From Raillietiella orientalis (Eukaryota): a stretch of DNA of 64,000 bases. The translations under genes were made by a program, and so were the position numbers. Below are positions 36,691-48,999 of this stretch, one piece after another (within the stretch, counting starts at the first letter, position 1; the number at the start of each line of letters is the position of its first letter). The notes under the pieces were generated by a model that saw only the letters and a program-made list of their open reading frames with translations, did no database searches and was not told the DNA's origin. The stretch covers positions 1,240,001 to 1,304,000 of the forward strand of contig JAYWIR010000016.1 in assembly GCA_036172245.1 (NCBI GenBank), read 5' to 3'.

Positions 36691-39409
36691 GGAAAATGGC
36701 GGGAGAATGGCTCCAAACGGGATCCACGTAGACCCCGTCCCTCCCACCCACCCTTTCCGAAAGGAGGGAGTAGAGGGAAATCGTGGAAAAGAGAAACGCC
36801 TATGTGGGGGGTTTAATCCACCAGATGACGGTCCATCCTCCAAGTCCTTCGCTTCCCATGTGGTCGTGCCCGCCGCCATCCCCCGTTGCCCGCTTCCGGT
36901 CGTCGAAACCGAAGGTCGCTGGGTCGTAGCTCCCGAACGGCGCAGAGGAGGGGAGCCCGTGGACAACCGCGGGCTCCCCAGGGTCCGGGGAGTCAAAAAA
37001 AAAAAAATCTCGTAGGCGACCGTCCCGTCCGACGAGGAGGGGGGGGGAAGGAGACTCCCCCACAGGAGTGGGGAATGCTCTCCGCCGGCCTGCGTCAGGG
37101 ATGGGAGTCCCCATCCGATCCAGCCTGTCTCTATAGAGACGTGAACTCACCATGGCCCGAATCCCAGCTTATCTTCCTTCATCCTTCCCGTTCACCCCGA
37201 ACGGAACGGGACCGTGTAAATCGCGCCCTTTTCCTTTCCGTTAGGACCATATGGACTGCTCCCATGGGTCGAGCGCGCGCCCCTATTCATTATTTATTGT
37301 TTATGCGTGAGGGATGTTTCCGAAGGTCGAGCGTACACGTGGGGGGGGGGGGATAAACGGGACTGATTGAGCGGGGAAGATTGGTCGCCACGGTTACCCG
37401 GCGTGGTTACCCGCGGCGGGCAGTGCCATCGGACGGCAAACCAGTCGAATGCGACTTTCCCCAGGAGCAAACCGCGCCTATCGATCGCGGGGCTCGAGCT
37501 CGGCGCCGATCCCTGCAGCGGACCGAGCCAGGTGGCTCCAAGCGGGCGCTCGACAGGCGCTCCCGAGCTTCCGCCTCCAGGCAGGGAGGCGTCTCCCTCC
37601 CCCGGAAGACGGGACTCCCTCCTCTTCCGTAGCTCGGAGCGCCCCGGTCCCTTCCGTCTCGCCCGCCTCCCGTCAGCCGGAAGAGCGCTGCACCGCTGAT
37701 GGCGCCCAGGACCACCACCGACGGGCACTCAAGACCCCCACCCCCCGCGCACATCGCGAGAGTGCATCGTCCCTTGATCTCGGATGCTGGGGAGTGGAAT
37801 ACAGCCTCCAGCCGGGGGAGGACCTAACCAGGCGCGCACCTCCCTTCCGACGATACCAGCGGGTCTCTCGGTCGGGGGAATCCGGACTAGGGGAGGGGAG
37901 AGGAGGGCATTCAACGAGCGCGAAGGCGTTTCTGAAGAGGAGGACGTGGGACGGCTCCAGAAGCTCCGCTCCCTCGAGGCACCGCGAGAGAGCGCCTTCG
38001 TCTTGTGGCGAAGACATGCAGCATCTAAATGGGGGAGCGGGAGGTGTTCCCCCACGCGGGGTGCCCGAGCTGCTTAGCGGCGGCGGCTTCTGACCTCCCG
38101 GAAGCCGAACGGATAGATTCGGGGTTTACGATCCCCTTCGCGTGCCCATCCACGGTGCCGTCGCGGGAAGGGAACCGGGGAGGGGGGTAAGGGACTTGAG
38201 CGGGCTGAGGCGTGCCAGACCCTGCCCCTGGCACCAAGGTCCAAGTCGCAGGACGCGTCCGGGAGGCTGCTAGAAGCCGGCGCTTCCGTGGCCTCGAGGT
38301 CCCTTCGCGTCTTTTGCACGGAGTGGCCTTCGTGGCCGCCTCGTGACTCTCCTTCGTGCGGCAGATTCTCTTGGCCACCCTCTCCCGCCTGCACCCCGAC
38401 CTCCGTTCCCTCCCAATGACCCGCACGCACGCACTTTTTCCCGCCCACCTACCCGGGAAAGGCAGAGGGATTCCGGGGCTTCCCTGCTTGGCTTCCGCGG
38501 ACCGTCGGGTCGCGTTTCTGCGCGCTTCCCGTGAATCCACTTTTCCCGGTCGCCGACGGAAGAGCGACCGCGGTCGGGGGGGAAGCGCCGCGATGAGTTC
38601 TGCTCCCTTGGAGGAGCGCCTCCGGCGGCGGCGAACTAGGTGGCGAAGAGAAACCATCGCACCGCGCATTCCCGAAAACGGGATGACTCCCAGGTCTGGG
38701 GAAGCACACCCGCCTCTCGACCACGAGAGTCCTCAGAGGCGTCCTCTCTCGTCGTCCACTCTGCTGAGCAGTTGGCGCTCGCGCGCCTCCTTCTTCCTGG
38801 AGGGCGCCGCCGCTCTATCCTGCCTGAGTTGTTCCTTCCCATCCGGTTGGGCGCAACCGTCGCGCGTGCGGGAGGAGGGATTACGAGCTCCCGTACAGTG
38901 CTCCCCAGGCAGCGAAGCCACGGGAGGCGGCAGCAAAGAGGAACGTTTCGGAAGCGGGCACGCAGGAACCGGGGATGAATTCCCGTTTCCCCTCTTCCCC
39001 TTAAGCGTCTTAATTAGTTTTGAACCCTCCCTTCCCTTTCGTTCCTTTTCACGCTTGTTCCTGTCCCGTCTACCGGGACGCTGGTGCGAGGGGAACGTGA
39101 GGGGGGAGGGACGGATGGAGGCTTGGCAGGATCCGCGATAGACATCGCTCGGTACTTCGACCCTCTTCTGAGGCACTGGAGGAAAGGGCAAGGCAGGCGT
39201 GGCTCATCCGGAAAGAGGGGGCAGGCTCTGTCACCTCGCAATGCGAACCCGCTCCCCTCCCCCCTTCCCGAGCCAGCGAGGCAGGGGGGCGGCGGCGGTG
39301 AGAAGGGAGGTTTCCTCTCCCGCACCGGGCGGGGTCCCCGTCCCCGTCTCAGACAGAGAAGGAGGAACGGTTCAGGAATTTCCTTTTCCTTGTGCTCTTT
39401 CCCCCCCAG

Positions 39410-40421
39410 GTGCCGCGACGAGAAGATGCCGGTGGAGAAGGGTCGGCGGGCGATCCGCAAGGACGGGGAGTGCAACGTGCAGTACAGCCACGTTCCCAAG
39501 AAGAGGGTGCGCTTCCTGAGCGACGTGTTCACCACGCTCATCGACCTGCAGTGGCGTTACGTGATCGCGGTGTTCTGCGTCAGCTTCGTGTCCACGTGGT
39601 TCCTGTTCTCGATCGCCTGGTACGTGGTCTGCCTCAACCACGGCGATTTCGAACCCAACCACCTGCCGGGAAAGAACGAAGGTTGGATCCCTTGCGTGAA
39701 CCAGATAAAGGACTTCCGCTCGTGTTTCCTGTACAGCGTCGAGACCCAGCAGACCATCGGGTTCGGCGCCCGGTCGATAACCGAGGAGTGCCCGGACGCG
39801 ATTCTGCTCACCATCGTCCAGAGTTTGTTCGGGGTGCTCTGCCAGGCCATGATGACCGGCCTGGCGTTCGCCAAGCTGTCCCGCCCCCAGCGGCGCAAGA
39901 AGACGCTCATCTTCAGCCGCAGCGCCGTCGTGAGCGAGCGGAACGGCCAGACGTGCTTCATGTTCCGCGTGGGCGACTTTCGCCACTCCCACATCCTGGA
40001 GGCCCACGTGCGGGCCATCCTGATCCGCTCCACGGTGACCCAGGAAGGGGAGCTGTGCGCGTACGAGATGACGGAGCTCGACCTGGGCTACGACAAGGGG
40101 ACGGACAGAGTGTTCCTCGTGTGGCCCCTGACCATCGTGCATGAGATCACCAAGGACAGCCCCCTGTTCGGCATGACCCTGGAAACCATGCACCAGCAGC
40201 ACTTCGAAATAGTCGTCCTCCTGGACGGCGTCAATGCATCCACGGGCAACAACATCCAAGGGCGCGCTTCCTACTTGCCCGAAGAGATCGTCTGGAACCA
40301 CCGCTTCCGTCCCGTCATTGAGTTCGACCCCGAAAAGGGGGTGTACGACGTGGACTACAGCAAATTCCACGAAACCTTCCCGGTCAGCCCTTCGTCCCCG
40401 AGCAACGGAAGGGATGCATAG
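39410..40421 (+). CDS. Kir: Inward-rectifier potassium channel (Kir/Irk, KCNJ family), main coding exon; ~393 aa if joined to the 20398 exon
   Basis: Canonical Kir motifs: RKDGECNV, DVFTTLIDLQWRY, M1, HGD, the two extracellular Cys (PCV, EECP), ETQQTIGFGAR filter, M2 ending AKLSRP, TLIFS, MFRVGD..SH.LEAHVRA, FLVWPLTIVHEI..DSPL, FEIVV, SYLPEEIVWNHRF, VDYSKFHET. Strong GC3 bias starts at the polypyrimidine acceptor ending 39409; stop TAG at 40419-40421. Confidence 0.97.
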
Positions 40422-43400
40422 ATGGAAGGGCGGAGGAAGCGGTTAGGTCTCTAAGGAATCACATCCCCGTTCCCCTCTTGGAAGACAAGGGAGGGGAAGA
40501 TCTTATCCCGGAAAGAACAACGAACAGGAACGACAGGAGGAGAAGGAAGAGGAACGCCGCTGCCAGTACCGTGCGAGAACGACTGCCGCCCTAGAGAGAC
40601 GGACTCGAGCAAGGGACCTCAGTTTTCCCCCCCACTTCCCACTCCTTCCACCCCGTTCCCGCTGAGAGTATTGCCGGAATAAGAGAGAAGTGTCGGGATG
40701 GCTCGTCTTCTTCCTCCTCTCATCCCCTCCCCCCGTCCCCCAACCCGCCCCAAGTGCGCCCGCACCTGGAGTGTGCTGCCAACCACCTGCAGAGTCCACT
40801 TGCTGTTCAGCCCGGAACGCTTTCCCCTCTCCCCTACCTCCTTGCTTTTCTTCCTTTCCTTCCCTCCCGAAAACGTTGAAAGTGGGTTCCCCGCACTACG
40901 CCAAGTCACCTCCCCCTTCCCGACGGCGGCCGCAGCGAGTGCAACCGGAATGCCCAGAGTGTGGGAAGGAGAGTCTCCCCTTTTCCTTCGCCTCCCTCCC
41001 TCTCAGGCGGATCTGCACTGCGCCTACAACACCTCCCCCTCTTTCCTTCCCTCTTTCTTCATGCTCCTCGGTTGCTGGGGGCCGGCATGCTGTGCCTGGT
41101 TTCTTGCCCACATGCAGAGAGAGAGCCTCGTCACCCCCTCTCCCTCTTTTCTAGAAGGGGAAAGATCGAGCAGACCGGGAAGCAACAGGAAGAGAAATAA
41201 AAAGGAAGGAATGATAGTGAAAAGGATTTCTAGAGGAATCAATCTGCCGACGGAGGACAAGCGACCTAGCCTTTGGATCGACCCTTACCGTGAGCTGCTC
41301 CCATGATATTCCGGGAGCTTGACCTTGGGAACGCTCGAAGAGAGAGGCTGGAAGACTGGGAGGTCAGTTGCGGGAGGAGCAGGCACAGGTGGCACCGCTT
41401 CTTTGGGAAAACTTCTACTCAGAGGCTCGTGACGACGAGCCTTCCCTAAGGGAATCATTCAGGAGTCGTAGAGGGAGGGAGGGGGAGGGAATCTGCAAGT
41501 CCCCCTGGAGTCAGGCCAAGGGAAGACCGCCGAATCTTCCTCTTTCCCCGTGCCTTCCACCGGGAGCGCGAGAGAGAAACCCTCTGTCCTCTCCGTTCCC
41601 CTGACGTTCCGGGAAGCCGGAGGACTGGTCGAGGCTCGTTTCTTGGCTCGGGCTCTCTGGACCCGCAGGATGAAAGTGAGGGAACCGTTGCCAGGCCGAG
41701 ATGGGTTGATCAAGATGGACGTCGAATAAGAGGAGCGCTCACCAGTCCTTACGCAATTCTTCGATACCACTTCGACTACAGAGAAGGGGATGGGAAGGGG
41801 GGGAAAGGAACCGAGAAAGAGTAGAGGGATGGAAAGAGGAGGAAGGGAGGCATGGGGAAGGAGTGAAGCAGGAGGGGTGAAACTAGGCCAGATCCTTGAG
41901 CAGATCTCCGAGCACGAGGGGCACCCCCCGATGAGCATCGCCACGAGACTCGCCTCCTGCTAACGAAACGAGAGGCCCACTACACCTGGCCTGATCTCCG
42001 ACACGGGAACCCCACTCCGGTGTTCCTCTTGGAACAGCAGCAGAAGCAACCTTCCAGCAGCCCCTTGGAAGAGGAAGGAGGGAAGGGGGATGGGAGCTCG
42101 ACCGGGCAGAGAAACTGGCAAACTGTCGGCTTGGAAGGAGGAGGATGCGAGCCGGAAGATGGCGGCGTGCGCTGTCCATCCGCCCGCCGTCTCCTGGCAT
42201 CCTCTGGCTTCCTGCATCTCTGCAGCCATCTGGAGCTACGAGAGAAGGAAGAACTGCGGAGCCAGCAGGGACGGGAGCTGCAGGGGGAGCCATCCGCCTC
42301 CGTTCGTTCTCCGTCTCTCCGTGGTGCGGCGTCATCTTCGCCGTCGTCGTTGTCGCCATCGTAACGGATGGGTAGGGTCCGTTCTGGTGTCAAGAACTCT
42401 TTCGCACTCTGGAGGGGTGGTTCCTTCCCCCTTTTCATGGGCAGAGACAGGAAGAAGCCATCCTCCCTCTCTCCAGAGCTCGCGAGGCGTAGGCGACGAG
42501 TTCTCCCTTGCTTCTGCGAGCACTGCAGCCCCCCCTCTCACACGACCAGAGGGACCAAGCTCCCAAGCTCGGCTTTACTCGCTTTCCTTCCCTCTGATCC
42601 CTCGAGTGCCCTGCGCTCTCTCTGCAGGGGGGGGGGGGGGGGGGACGAGAAGGAGTTCTCTCCAGGAGTGTCTCTGGACTTAGCAGTTTTCGTCTCCAGG
42701 GAATTCTCGTCGTCTCCAGCGGACAGAGCGGAAATCGCAACTGCGGGCGTATCGGCGGAGGAAAGAGGGGAAAAGAAGGAACCTCTGAGGAAGAGGAGGG
42801 GGAGCAGAATGCCAGGAACGGAGATATCCCGCATCTCGGAATGCAGCAGAGATGAAGGGAACTTCACGGGTGCATCGGCATAGCTGGGAGGGAGCTGAGG
42901 GCGGAGGAAAAGGGTGGGAATGAGGAAGAGAGGAAGATTCCCCTCCCCACCCACCCCCTCTGCATCTTCCTGCTTTCTGACTTCCTTCCCTTCTTCACCT
43001 CCGTCCACCTTATCTGACAAGCAGGAGCACTCCAGAATTGCCAGGAAGCCACTTGCATCGAACGCCCGAGGGAGAAGGAAGGAGGAAACCTTTCCTACGA
43101 ACTCAGCACTGCGGCCCCTGTTCCCATTCCTAGATCCCTTAGAGGAGAGATGACCTGCTCTTCCTCATCGCTGCCGTCTTCGTCCTCACCATCATCGGGG
43201 ATTCCCGGAAGATACAGCGGACCGCCGAGAAGGCACAGAATCCCTCACCGCTCCCTCTTTCGCCAGCCTTGGAGGAAGGCGAGATTTCATCCCGGAGAGA
43301 GGCCATGAGCGAGAGAAAGAGATCCCTCTCGAGGAAAGTGGACGAGTGGGTGGGAGTAGAGGGTAAGTATGAGCGGCAGCAAGGGGATGGGATGGAACAG

Positions 43401-46400
43401 GAGCTGTCGTCGTCGCCACTCCCTGCCGATAGAGCACCGGGGATGCCTGGCAGATCGAACCGGGAACGCTGTCTTCCTTCTGATCCCGGAATTTGCTGTT
43501 CAGCTTGCTCACTCTTGGGAGGAAAGCGGCTCCTCTGGTCCCGTTTCTTGCTCTGAAGGGAGCCCCTCTTCCTACACCGCTTCCAGTGAACGTCCAGCCC
43601 ATGGAAAGAGGAGGATGGATCCGGAGATGCCTACTCTTTCAGGGAAGGTGGTAACGGTCAGGTTCCTCCAAACCCTGCTATCCATTTCCTGGGAACGAGG
43701 GAAAAAGGAAGAGGAAAGAGCGGCTGCATCCCCATCCTCCTTCACCAGAGCACAAAATGATTGTTCGAGCTTTTGCTTGAAGGTGTCTTTGAAGGTGTCT
43801 TGCATCCAGTGTGCACAACCCACCCCCGCTTTGTGTGGGCTTCAAAAACAGAGCTGCTGTTTCGCTGCTGATCTTCGCTCCTCTGGAGCCTTTATGTCAT
43901 TTCTCGGTATCATATGAAAGCGAGGGAGGAATGGAGACAAACTTTGGCGCGGTTTTTTTTTTCGCTTCCTCGAGCGGAAATCCCGGCAAGATGACGTCCA
44001 TGAAACCCCTCTTCGGGTGCAGCAATGCGACCACGCTTTTCCCGACTAAAGACAGCGGCGAATGAATTCAGCTGCGGCTTCCGCCTCCTGCGTCCCGCTC
44101 GAGCAGGAGAGCGATGGGGGGGGGGGATGAAGGGGGTAAACCCAGTTGCAAACCTGAGTGCTGCTGAACGCCCGGTAAGCATTTTCAGCTCAGAGATGGT
44201 GAGAGTAGGGGAGCAGAGGCACGATGAATCCAACTATTCTTTCAGCTTGCCTGTGATGTGAATGGCAGCGCCCTAAGAAGACTGCTGAAATACCTGCAGC
44301 AGACCTCTGATATTTTTTGCTGCTTTTATCAAAAGGACATGCACTCTCCCCCCCCCTCCCCGACCAACGGTTTCAAATCTCTTACACGCATTGGTACGAC
44401 TTATTTTAATTGCTACGGTGCTATCCACGACTTTTGCAACTATATTTGCACACTATTAGTATTGATCGATAATTAGTATTTGCAAATTGACTATATCTAA
44501 AATGCCGAGACCCCAGAGGGAGTCGAAAGCGATTCGAGTCCTGTAATTCCTTACGATCGAAAGGAGTGGAATAGGTGCTGAAGTGGCTCATCAGTTGTTG
44601 AGCAAGTGGCGAATTAAAATCCAGGATTCTTGAAAAGCAGCGGAGGCAGCTAAAGCGGTCCCCGAAAACTTCCCCCAAGGAAGCTCAATGTGCTAAATAG
44701 GAGACTATAGAATTACACGCTGAAGCGTCCAGCTGAACAAAAGAAGCTGGAGTTTTCGAAGAAAAGAAGATGCTGATAGCTTTACTGATAAAGAAAGCAC
44801 TCGGCATTCAGAAAAAAAAGCACCAAAGCTTTTAGGCGAGACAAAGAACGTCATCGTAAAGTAAAAGACGCGCTTTGTAAGGCCAAGCCTAAAGATGGAG
44901 TTCCTGCTACACATAGAAAGAAGTCAAGGACTTGATCCCGTGACAACTGGAGCGAACAGGCCAGCTTCATTTATATCCCAAGTAAGAAATCCCTTTATCC
45001 TCCTGTAAGGCAAAAGAAATATAAAATAGAGAATAGAGTACAAGAACTCAATCAAGTGGCAAAAATAAGAGGTGCAGCAGATACTGTGACGAAATTCCAA
45101 GAGAAGCAACAAGTTCAAAATGGAGCATTTGAAAGAAAAGCCTAAACTGTGATGTAGTAAAACTATAGTGGGCATCAGTTAGGGTGGTAAGTCATCATTT
45201 CAAGATGCAGATCGCGACGAGCTGAGCTTTTCCTTTTTGCGAAAGAGGCTGGTCCGGATCACAGACGGACTGACGAATTTTGGGCTCCCTTTAAGGATAG
45301 TATGGAAAGGGCATCAGAAAACAATGAGCAGCCAAGGAGTCTTATGAGTGACGTCATCTCTCCTGCTAATCCAAGTGACATTAATCAGGCGGCTATCGTT
45401 TACTTAGGGTAAAAAAAAAAATAAAATAAATAATAACTTGGGGCAGAAATAGGGCGGAACAAGTTTTCAGCCAGCAGGAATCTCGCGCCTCCGCTGCCGT
45501 CCTCGGCTGGGATGCTGCCCGTGAGCAAAGCTAAAGCCAGGATGATTCATTTGGATGGATGATAAACATCCGGCTTATAGGAAGCTGATCAGAATTCCTA
45601 CCGAATACTACAGATTAGAAGACAGTCACGGCAATCAGATTAGAGACTTTTACATTAGTGCAACGGAATTGCCTTACCCCTCTTTCTACACCACTAGTAG
45701 CATTCTGGTGGTGTAGAAGTTACAGAAGGAAGACTACAAAATCGCTTTATGTAAAAGGGAATCACCCCTGAAACTAAAAACAAAGAAGATAATGAAAGTG
45801 AAAAGGATCTCATTGCAGAACCGAAAAAATACCATAAGTGAAAACGGGGAGGATGTTGCGATAAGTCCTGCTAATAAGGATTCTTGAATTCATGAAAGAC
45901 CGTCCATTGTGGCGTTATTTCATGGCATTGTATAGTCCTGGAAATCCTTTAACCGGAGTACTAAAATTTATTTGCACCTGTGACGAAAATGATCCAATAC
46001 CACACGACACTCAAGGATAAATGAAAGGGCTTTGTTTTACGATAAAAGATAACGGTGCACGTCAGGAAGGATGGAAATAGCGTCTTTCAGCATGTGATGA
46101 CCATCAGTATCACTGTCAACCGAATGTAAACGAATTGGAAACAGCGGATTCAACCCAAGATGACAGTGCAGAGAAGAAATCCTGTTTCCCAAAAAAGAGA
46201 AAAGCCACCGGATGGCAAAGCCATGGCTACTCTACCAAAACGAGCTTGCTTCTACTAGAGGAAGGAAGAGTAAGGTTGAGGGAAGGAGAATGGGGGATCA
46301 AAGAGACGAATCGTAAAAGGCTCAGAGATCAGTTGGTCAGGTGTAACCGTGTCAAAAAGTAGCCATTTTTCAGGCATTTTCATTTTCCAGAGGTTCTTGA

Positions 46401-48999
46401 ATTTGGTAGCGACAATTACAAAGTGACTTCCTGCAATGTAATAAATGAGGAGTAAGGAATTCTTTGAACATAAAGAAAAAAGTACAATCCATAGAACTCA
46501 GACGTTTCGGATGAATGTAAGTTCCTCGGCTTGAATTGTGCGAAAAAAAGCATATACTTGTAATGTCGGCAAGTTATTTAGCCATCAAGCGTCATTTTTC
46601 TATTGCAAAAGGATTCGCTGAACCAGAATCTCTGGGTCACTAGCAAGCTACAGCGGTCAACTTGACCGTAGCCAAAAACGCAGAAAAAAAAAGTGGCTGC
46701 TTCCTTTAATGGATGAATTTGGCTGTTTCCATCAAGATAACCAATTTAAGCTCTGCATTTGCTATGAAGGCGTGGAATATCGCAACGATACCCTTCTAAA
46801 ATCGATAGAGAGTACACAGCAAAAGATGCAAATGGTAAATTCTATCTCCGGGACAACGTAATTCCTCACACCACTCTTCAAGGGTTATTTTAATGATTTA
46901 CATAAATGCAATCGGAGTAACTCTCCGTGTTGACTCCACATCACAGAAGACGAGAAATCTTTGTAAGACTCAACTCTTGCTCAATCTGAAAAGCATCTTC
47001 GTGCTCATCTTCCTTCCGTTTTCTCCAAGACGACTTTTGGTACTTCCTCTTCGCTTCCGGAAAATTCGATTCCCCGAAAACACAATTTTCTAAACTGCAG
47101 CGTAGTATGGAACATCACCTGAAACGGCAGAGTTGGTTCGATTTGACATCCTAGTAGGATAGTAAAAAAAAAAAAGGGACACTCTGCCGTTTGATCGAAA
47201 CTCTTTTTTATCTCCTTGTCTTGGTGGATTCACAGTATCCATCTATTTTATGAATAGAGTATGCCTCCCATGCTATGACACTCGATTGTGCGCCCACGTG
47301 AGAGTCACCAAATGAGCCAGCTGCTACTGCTGGCACTGGGCCTTACTTGTGCTGCGTTAATCGTAGTAGTCGTTTCCCGAAGAGCGTTACTAAAAATCTT
47401 GCTAGCAGCTAAAGTCAAAAACTTCTGGAACGCCGAAAATTGCAATGTGAACACCTTTAGATCCTTCTGTTTTGTTGAGGAGTGAAGCAGCTACCTTAGC
47501 AGCTTCGTCCCCATGCTATGGCGCTTGTAAGATTGATTTTAGCATTTTTGATTTGTGAATTTTGCTCTTCAGTATGAGATTTCAAACTATTCAATCTTTA
47601 AACCCATTGATGTATCATTCTTCCATCTTCAGGTAGATCTTCGGAAGTAGCAAAGGATGCATTTAGATTAGTGATTACTTCAGTCGTGCCATGTCCTAAA
47701 CGTGTGCCGTTGTAAGCAATTGTCACTTTTCTGTCTTCTATGGAGACCAGCGTCTCCTTCGAGGTGATTGCCAAATAGGAGAATTCCATAATTTCTGCTT
47801 GTGAACCTAGGTCTAGTTTTATCCTTTTTATAAGAATTACGATTCCGCACTCTCGGCACAAATTTTAGTATATGTACAGCTGGAGATTGTACAATTGGAT
47901 TCTTGAAATGTTTTGCACCTTACTTGCTCGCTTCCAAACCGTAGCTCACTTTGCAGAGAGCACTCATCTCCAGCGATTTTTTTTTTTTATTAAATCCTGC
48001 AATTCCTACAATACTTTGACCTACCTGGGAAGAAGAAGATGGGAACGTGACCACGGCGTCCAGATGGCAATCGGAGCCTTTGAAGAGACAGAAAAGGTGG
48101 AGTACCGAGCAAAGGAAGAATTGAGGGGGAAGAAAGAAGAAGAGGTGCAGCACAACGCTGGCTCGTCTTCAAGGGAACGCAAGAGACGCGTGCTGGTTAA
48201 GACGCTCACATCTTCGTCGCGTCGGCTGCAGGAAGAGGCAGAGAAGAGAGGAGAGAAAGGAAGAGGGGCGAAGGCCAACAAGAATTGGCAAGAGATTCTT
48301 GTTGCAGAAACCTGGAGTGATCCACATCTCCTTGGCAAACGATCCAAGGACGCACTGCTTCTCCCAGATGGCTGCACTCTCTCCAGAAAACACGGAGTGA
48401 GGCATCCCAGCACGCTCTAAAGGGAGACTGGGGCAGGCTGCCGGACGGCAGCATCCCCTGTGCGGTGAGGCACCTCGCTCGTGCTCGAGGTTCCACCCAA
48501 AAAGCTCTGCACCTACTCTGGTTCCTCGGAGGTGGTGATGCCCCTTCCTCGAAGTCCCGTTGCTCAGCTGCTGTAAACGCTTTTGAAAGGAGCTGGGCTC
48601 TCCTACCAAGTGGCGAAAAGGGTTGAAGAGACCATAACAGCATCATCTGGACTATTACAGACTTCCAGGCATTCTTACCCTCGCGTAACTCATTCCTTTC
48701 GCTTCCCGTACCTCATCCCTTGTACCCTATTCTCCTGCCCTTTCACCTAGAGAGAATCCGATTGCTGAGAAGGCTGGACGTATCCCGACTTCTCGCTCCT
48801 GTAGAACGAGCGACATTGAAGCTCAAGGGAAATGCATGAAGAGCTCCTGAAAGTTACCTCACCTGTCCGAAGACGGGATCTTCCCTTCCGAAAGGTTTAA
48901 CGCTGCAGTGCCTCTCCCGCCGGGGGGAAGGGGAGAGACACCATGGGCGATCGGAATGTCCCTATTGGCTGAGGACAGTCCACTCGTGTTCTTAGATGA

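Noticed and set aside
39084..39409. N-terminal ~109 aa of the 445-aa ORF
   Set aside because: GTG start and low-complexity G/R-rich translation ending in a clear polypyrimidine tract plus CAG; interpreted as intron.
39372..40370. 332-aa antisense ORF (and 250-aa alternative-frame ORF 39392-40144) overlapping Kir
   Set aside because: Expected shadow ORFs of a GC3-rich CDS; they are coextensive with the Kir exon and have no recognisable motifs.
42627..42644. G18 run and other homopolymers (A-runs at ~34753 and ~62538)
   Set aside because: Simple homopolymers that are common throughout the window; lengths are unreliable and there is no evidence of function.
45684..45718. 14-bp stem hairpin ttctacaccactag/ctggtggtgtagaa
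   Set aside because: Short and isolated, with no associated element end or gene; not a terminator in a eukaryotic context.
44480..46360. A-rich, K/E/R-rich coding-like stretches
   Set aside because: Interrupted by many stops with no motif I can assign; probably old TE debris, so not annotated.
47872..48700. 182-aa ORF with 'ILVAETWS' (APE-like) and an adjacent minus-strand 'GRRAQLLSKAF' LINE-like motif
   Set aside because: Single short motifs in GA-rich sequence; spacing to the GD motif at ~49185 is too long for one endonuclease domain. Probably TE debris but not assignable.
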